A stretch of 63,609 nucleotides of DNA, filler included, from Candidatus Nanoarchaeia archaeon (GTDB lineage: Archaea > Nanobdellota > Nanobdellia > Woesearchaeales > DATDTY01): assembly GCA_035290625.1 (NCBI GenBank). It is 5 parts of 5 records of this genome, joined end to end, with 100 filler letters (N's around TTAATTAATTAA, not from the genome) between each part and the next. Parts side by side here need not be neighbours in the genome. Positions count along the whole stretch, not along the records: positions 56,440 to 63,609 come from DATDTY010000041.1; 4 more parts are not named here. One strand, 5' to 3'. Both the position numbers and the translations under genes were made by a program. Below the pieces are notes generated by a model. That model had not been told where the DNA came from and ran no database searches. It was given only the letters and a program-made list of their open reading frames with translations. Shown piece by piece: positions 58,585-63,609 of this stretch (the stretch's first letter is position 1; the number at the start of each line of letters is the position of its first letter).

Positions 58585-59785
58585 AGCCCCCTCTTTTAAT
58601 CTCTTCATAACATTTTGAAACTTTCTTTGCTATAGTTTCATAATCAAATTTACCGATTACACATTTTCTGGCATTTTTGCGCAGCCTCATGTTTATTTTA
58701 TCATCATCAAGAATCTTTTCTATCCAAAAGATATAGTCTTCTAATTCCTCAGCGATGATGATATCTCTTTTATGGGTATAGTATAACCCCCTGGCTCCGA
58801 ACTTCGTTGCGATAGTTGGAATCCCCGCTCCAAGATACTCAAATAGTTTGATATCCGTACCGGAACCGTACCTGACAGGATTTAGGGCAACATCAGCCAT
58901 CCTGAAATAAGTAAGAATGTCTTCATGCTGAAGCCTTCCCGTAAATACAAGGTTGCCCCTGTTGAGATACCCACCCCCTATAGAGCCGGCAATGACGAAG
59001 ATAGTATCCTTCCTCTTCATCTTTCCTGCCACCTGGAATATAAACTTCATTGCCTCGACATTAGGTGCATGAAGCCCTGATGAATAGAGGACAATCTTCT
59101 TCCCGCGAAAACCGAATTTCTCTTTAAGGCGCTCCCTTTCAGAATCGGATGAAGGAGTAATAACGGTTGCATCTATCCCATTGGGGATAAGGCGGATCTT
59201 GGCCGTATCGATATCATAAATCTCCTGCATTTTCTTGGTGTCATAATCACAGCAGGAGAATATAAGGTCAGACTCTTCCAGATATCTTTTCTCAATGCGG
59301 TACGTCTTTTCAATTATCTTATCTCTAAAGATAGACTTATACTGAAAATTGTTTTTGTCTGAAACTAAAAGATACTCAACATTATGTGCAGATGCTATGT
59401 AGGGATGCTCAAATCTCTGCCTTACCCAATCAAATAGCCAAGGTTCCTCTATCTGAACAACATCCCAATTCTTACCTAACCTCTTATGGATCCGTGAGAA
59501 CGCGAGTATCTGAGAAGAAATTGCGTATGGAGAAATGTTCAGCTTATGCAAAAGAAATGATATAAAGAGTATATGCAATCGAGAATAATTATATTCCGTA
59601 TAATTTGCATTAAAACAATTCCTCCAGGAGTGAAGCGGAATCTTGCCGTCCTTTAGAAAGAGATTCAGTGAAAACTGGTTAATCGTGTGATGCCTTGAAA
59701 GACACCTATTAAGGTAGTAGTTCCGTATCTTCCCTCCATTATCCAAGGGGAGTGTGGGGAAGGGGGAGATATTAAGAACTCTCAT
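58577..59785 (-). CDS. GT4 family glycosyltransferase
   Basis: AHNVE, IPNGID, GSGTDIKLFEYLGAGIP. Confidence 0.92.
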   Translation of the reverse strand: MRVLNISPFPTLPLDNGGKIRNYYLNRCLSRHHTINQFSLNLFLKDGKIPLHSWRNCFNANYTEYNYSRLHILFISFLLHKLNISPYAISSQILAFSRIHKRLGKNWDVVQIEEPWLFDWVRQRFEHPYIASAHNVEYLLVSDKNNFQYKSIFRDKIIEKTYRIEKRYLEESDLIFSCCDYDTKKMQEIYDIDTAKIRLIPNGIDATVITPSSDSERERLKEKFGFRGKKIVLYSSGLHAPNVEAMKFIFQVAGKMKRKDTIFVIAGSIGGGYLNRGNLVFTGRLQHEDILTYFRMADVALNPVRYGSGTDIKLFEYLGAGIPTIATKFGARGLYYTHKRDIIIAEELEDYIFWIEKILDDDKINMRLRKNARKCVIGKFDYETIAKKVSKCYEEIKRGGFN

Positions 59786-60854
59786 GTAGCCTCAGTAACT
59801 CTTGGATAATCTTCTCAGCGGCATTTCCGGCACCATAAGGGTTATTCCACTTACCCTCCTTCCTCATCATTTTCCCTGTAGAAAAAACAATACTCCCTTT
59901 CTCAATACCTGCAAGAATGTTGCATCCTTCTTCGATTGTCTCGGGCCTTTCAGTACTCGTACGTAAAGTGACGCAAGGAACTCCAAGAGTGCAAGCTTCC
60001 TCCTGGATTCCCCCCGAATCAGTCAATATAATCCTTGCGTTCTTCTGTAGATCAAGAAAGGGAATATACCCGACAGGTTGGATTATTCTAACGCCTTGCG
60101 GAATATCAATATCAAACTCGAGAATCATTTTCCGTGTTCTTGGATGCAAAGGGAAAACTATAGGAAGTTGATACAGGTCAAAAACGTAACCAATAGCTGC
60201 AAAAATTTCAGCAAGCCGAGCCTTAAGGTCTACATTTTCAGGTCGGTGAAGCGTTAGGAGCATATATCTTTTGCTCTCCAATTTCAAAGAATTTAGAACA
60301 GAATTGTTCTCTTTTTTCATGAAAACATGCACAGCATCAACAATAGTGTTCCCTACCACAAATATTGATTCCCGGTTGATTCCTTCCTCCAATAAATACT
60401 TCCGTGATGTTTCGCTTGGAGCAAATAGATACTGCGAAATATGATCTGTGATTATTCTGTTTGTTTCTTCGGTCATCTCAATTTCATGGCTCCGCAAACC
60501 CGCTTCGATATGGACGAGAGGAATACGAAGTGCATGGCTTGCAAGACCTCCAGAAAGTACTGAATTTGTGTCTCCAACCACAAGTACAAACTCCGGTCGG
60601 TCTTTCTTAAGGATTTCTGTAATTCCATTCTTCATAACTCCAACTTGCCTTCGGAAATCATTTGATCCGATCTTAAGGTTGTATTTAGGGGCAGGCAGGT
60701 CTAATTCCTCAAAGAAGACCCTATCCATTTCATAGGAGTAATGTTGCCCCGTGTGTAGAATATAATAATCAATATGGCGTTTTTCACAGATTTTTGCAAT
60801 CGACCACATCTTTATAATCTCTGGTCGAGTGCCTATTAGCAAACAGAGTTTCAT
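59772..60854 (-). CDS. wecB: UDP-N-acetylglucosamine 2-epimerase (non-hydrolysing)
   Basis: GTRPEIIK, HTGQHY, HIEAGLRS, TDSGGIQEE. Confidence 0.96.
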   Translation of the reverse strand: MKLCLLIGTRPEIIKMWSIAKICEKRHIDYYILHTGQHYSYEMDRVFFEELDLPAPKYNLKIGSNDFRRQVGVMKNGITEILKKDRPEFVLVVGDTNSVLSGGLASHALRIPLVHIEAGLRSHEIEMTEETNRIITDHISQYLFAPSETSRKYLLEEGINRESIFVVGNTIVDAVHVFMKKENNSVLNSLKLESKRYMLLTLHRPENVDLKARLAEIFAAIGYVFDLYQLPIVFPLHPRTRKMILEFDIDIPQGVRIIQPVGYIPFLDLQKNARIILTDSGGIQEEACTLGVPCVTLRTSTERPETIEEGCNILAGIEKGSIVFSTGKMMRKEGKWNNPYGAGNAAEKIIQELLRLHESS

Positions 60855-60926
60855 AAAACCACCGGAGCCCCACTTTCTCGTAGGAATTGAACTCCTTTTA
60901 TTAATCTTACTATACTGCGGCAATCC

Positions 60927-61020
60927 CAAGTTAAGTGTCAAAGCTTAAATTTCTCTCATTCTTAAAGAACATCGAAGGATACCCAAAAAGCGCTGAAGCA
61001 GTGCGCTATCCTCCGGAGAA
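60927..61020. repeat. About 94-bp imperfect direct repeat with hairpin, copy 1
   Basis: Aligns with 63478-63570 (TTAAGTG...TTCTTAAAGAA..CGAAGGATA.CCAAAAAGCG.TGAAGC...GCTATCCT.CGGAG). Confidence 0.8.
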
Positions 61021-61051
61021 AAAATAATTCTCGATTCTCGGATGACACCAG

Positions 61052-61513
61052 TGACCTCCTCCCCGCCCTAAAGGGCGGGGCTTCCTGCGCTAACTGAACA
61101 CCACGTTGTGGTGTGCTTCCTGATTCGTGATATAGGCCTCGCAAGCGGCAAGATCATTCACTCCTACCGTCGCTGAATAACTGCTCGGCGCCCAGAAATG
61201 CCTCTTGGGGTAGCGCAAGGCAACGTGCTCGTGTGCTGCCTTGCGAATCGCAGCAGCCACAAGATTTTAATCTCCAGCCTCTGCATCATCTTGTAGCGAT
61301 ACTTCGTGCACCACTCAAAGTGCCAGAGATTCATCGTCACCTTATGGCTCAACCGCTTCATGCTGTTCATGCTCTCGTCCTCCGGCAGACGAGAGCTCAC
61401 ACTACTTTGGATTGGTAGTGCGTGCGCAGTTTCGTCCGCCAGCTTGCTGGCGGCGAAGCCGCCACAAAAATGTTTCTATAGAGAAACGCCCTAAAGGGCG
61501 GGGGTTTAAACCC
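61052..61513 (-). mobile_element. Defective IS200/IS605-family element
   Basis: Subterminal hairpins CCCCGCCCT-AA-AGGGCGGGG 61061-61080 and CGCCCT-AA-AGGGCG 61487-61500 flank a tnpA remnant; exact ends uncertain. Confidence 0.8.
61090..61370 (-). pseudogene. tnpA: IS200-type TnpA pseudogene
   Basis: WHFEWCTKYRY, frameshift near 61265, then KRHFWAPSSYSATVG...YITNQ; central HUH segment missing. Confidence 0.85.
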
Positions 61514-61576
61514 TAGCTCGCTACGCTCACGCTAAATCGTAGAATTTATAAACGAATCCTTATTATAAAGTTAACT

Positions 61577-63160
61577 ATGGCGAAGATCCTCATTATCTAC
61601 CCATCATCATCTCCGGATATTCCTGGGGGGGAAGTGGATTGGGAGAGGTATAAGAGTATCCCCAATGGGCCTTTAGCAATCGCAACGTTTCTTCATCATA
61701 AGGGCCATGATGTAAAGATTATTGATGCGCGGCCACTTCCAAAAGAGACTACCTTAAAGCTTGTTGAGGATAGTCTCTCTGGCACAGATCTTGTTTGCGT
61801 AGGTGCAAATACAGTTCAGCTTAAACATGGAATAATCTTAAGCGACCATATTAAAAGGATTAATAGAGATGTTCCTATCTTATTTGGAGGGATACATGCG
61901 ATCATGTACCCCAGCCAGACTGTTGCTGACAAAAGTATAGACTATGTGGTTCATGGTGAGGCTGAATATACTATATTAGAGCTTATAGAATATCTGGAGA
62001 AAAAAGATAAGAGATTGGAAGACATCAAAGGACTTGCATTTAAGCAGAACGGGAAAATTATTATAACTCCTGCTGCGCCAGGTATTGATCCCAATGAGCT
62101 TCCGCTTCCGGATTATTCCCTTTTAGAGGATGTTGAGAAATACATCAATAGAGAGTTTTCTACAAATCTTGGTAAGATCAGGAAAATGAGAGGGCTTGAT
62201 ATCCATACAAGCAGGGGCTGCCCTTATCGTTGCACATTCTGTCCGATGACTATGCCTGAGTTTAGAGGATATCGAAACTTAAGATTGGAGAAGGTTTTTG
62301 AATTGATTGATATCGCAGTCCAGAAATATAATGTTGGTCATATCTGGTTCAGCGATGAGCTTTTCTTCTCTAACAAATTAAAAGTTAAAAGGATAGCACG
62401 ACATATAATTGATAAAGGGTACAAAATAACATGGGAATCAAATGCACGTGTAGAGCAGTTCCGTGAGAGTCTCCTCGATGATGAGACTCTCCGTGTCATG
62501 AAGGAGAGCGGCTGCTATGCGCTGCGTATGGGGATGGAGTCTGGGTCCAATCGGGTACTAAATCTTATGAAGAAGGACAGTTGTGTTGATAACACTATTC
62601 ATGCTGTGAGGCAATGCGAGAAATATGGCATCATCCCTGTTGGAAACTTTATTTGCGGTTTTCCAACAGAGACTAAAGAAGAGGTCCTTGATACCGCAAA
62701 ATTGATATTAACCCTTAAAGAGATCTCGCCCAATGGGCTCTTTTTTTCTCCTGGTCTTTTGCGGCCGTATCCAGGGACTGAGATGTATGAGTTATGTAAA
62801 AGATACGGTGGCTATGAAGAACCTCAAACCCTCAGGGAATGGGCAAACAGGAAGATTGATGTCGGGCTGTTTGCGAATCCAACAGATCTTAAATGGGTGA
62901 AATATCCAACCTGGCTTCGTAATTTTCAGGTTTATTTTTATATCATCACAGTTTTGAAAACGCACGAAAAAACCGGAACAAAACTTTCTCCTACATGGAA
63001 ATTTTTTGCAAAACTTGCTGTGAAACGCCTCTATTCCAATTTTTGGGGGGTCGCTTTTGAACCTCCGCTTTTGATACATGTAAAGAATTTCTTAGATAAG
63101 AAGAGTAAAATTGCTGAGTTTTTAAAGAGTACATTACGGTTGGATCTTTCTCAGATATAG
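61577..63160 (+). CDS. B12-binding radical SAM protein (class B methyltransferase-like)
   Basis: N-terminal cobalamin-binding domain (GGIHA, GEAE), TSRGCPYRCTFC, GMESGS. Confidence 0.92.
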   Translation: MAKILIIYPSSSPDIPGGEVDWERYKSIPNGPLAIATFLHHKGHDVKIIDARPLPKETTLKLVEDSLSGTDLVCVGANTVQLKHGIILSDHIKRINRDVPILFGGIHAIMYPSQTVADKSIDYVVHGEAEYTILELIEYLEKKDKRLEDIKGLAFKQNGKIIITPAAPGIDPNELPLPDYSLLEDVEKYINREFSTNLGKIRKMRGLDIHTSRGCPYRCTFCPMTMPEFRGYRNLRLEKVFELIDIAVQKYNVGHIWFSDELFFSNKLKVKRIARHIIDKGYKITWESNARVEQFRESLLDDETLRVMKESGCYALRMGMESGSNRVLNLMKKDSCVDNTIHAVRQCEKYGIIPVGNFICGFPTETKEEVLDTAKLILTLKEISPNGLFFSPGLLRPYPGTEMYELCKRYGGYEEPQTLREWANRKIDVGLFANPTDLKWVKYPTWLRNFQVYFYIITVLKTHEKTGTKLSPTWKFFAKLAVKRLYSNFWGVAFEPPLLIHVKNFLDKKSKIAEFLKSTLRLDLSQI

Positions 63161-63477
63161 GTATTGTTGCTGTAATCACCGAGATTTTTGAATAATTCCC
63201 GCAAAGGCCTTCAGCCTTACATATGTAAGCATATTCTGTCTTAGCCCTCTAAGCAATCCGTTCTTTGCCCTTTTGTCATCTCTTCTGCTCTGAGTGTGGA
63301 TAAGCCCGGATCTTATATAAGCACCATAAACACCCCCTCAAGTACCAGCAAAACGTCATGGTCGAGCAGTACGAGCGGCAGTTTGAGGCTTGATGATGGC
63401 CATACTCCTTTTTTATGAGACGAAAGAATTTAGAGGGTAGGTGATGCTTCGGAGATGCTGGCTAGTAACGGTTAAGT

Positions 63478-63570
63478 CAACTTAAGTGGGAAAACATAAA
63501 ATCTCCTTTTTCTTAAAGAAAACCGAAGGATAGCCAAAAAGCGTTGAAGCTGTGCTATCCTTCGGAGGAA
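63478..63570. repeat. About 94-bp imperfect direct repeat with hairpin, copy 2
   Basis: Perfect 12-bp stem CCGAAGGATAGC/GCTATCCTTCGG at 63523-63565. Confidence 0.8.
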
Positions 63571-63609
63571 GATCAAATGATACAGACAGATCTGAGTAGC
63601 TTTAGCTAT

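Noticed and set aside
17463..60941. N-terminal extensions in the ORF track for rrp4, rps17, rpl29, integrase and wecB
   Set aside because: They overlap upstream genes or precede the family-typical start; downstream starts chosen
63161..63420. Possible decayed gene after the radical SAM ORF
   Set aside because: Only short interrupted frames with no recognisable motif

Overview
The window is five archaeal contigs joined by artificial N/TTAATTAATTAA linkers (1-15498, 15599-30735, 30836-51316, 51417-56339, 56440-63609). The fused PriS-PriL primase, archaeal ribosomal superoperon, exosome/proteasome cluster, Hef and class III pilins point to a DPANN archaeon, probably Woesearchaeota-like (inference). 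Housekeeping content: L3-secY ribosomal operon, argS, tyrS, tRNA-Ala(CGC), tldD/pmbA, a copA cluster and a surface-glycosylation cluster. The most unusual observations are: (1) two tandem full-length bacterial-type sigma-70 genes contiguous with archaeal core genes, one with an archaeal-style TATA element; (2) an AT-rich island (about 2525-7560) organised as cassettes bounded by attC-like TAAC...GTTA folds, including an empty/filled site pair and four nested inverted-repeat layers around a 3-kb two-gene transcription unit; (3) an integron-integrase-like recombinase lacking the IntI insertion on another contig; (4) a four-copy family of 160-205 bp intergenic folded elements with compensatory base changes; (5) a bacterial-type tal-zwf-gnd operon with a cyclase-family hydrolase where a lactonase would be expected. 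IS481-, IS5- and IS200-type elements are also present. All calls come from reading motifs by eye; no database searches were run.
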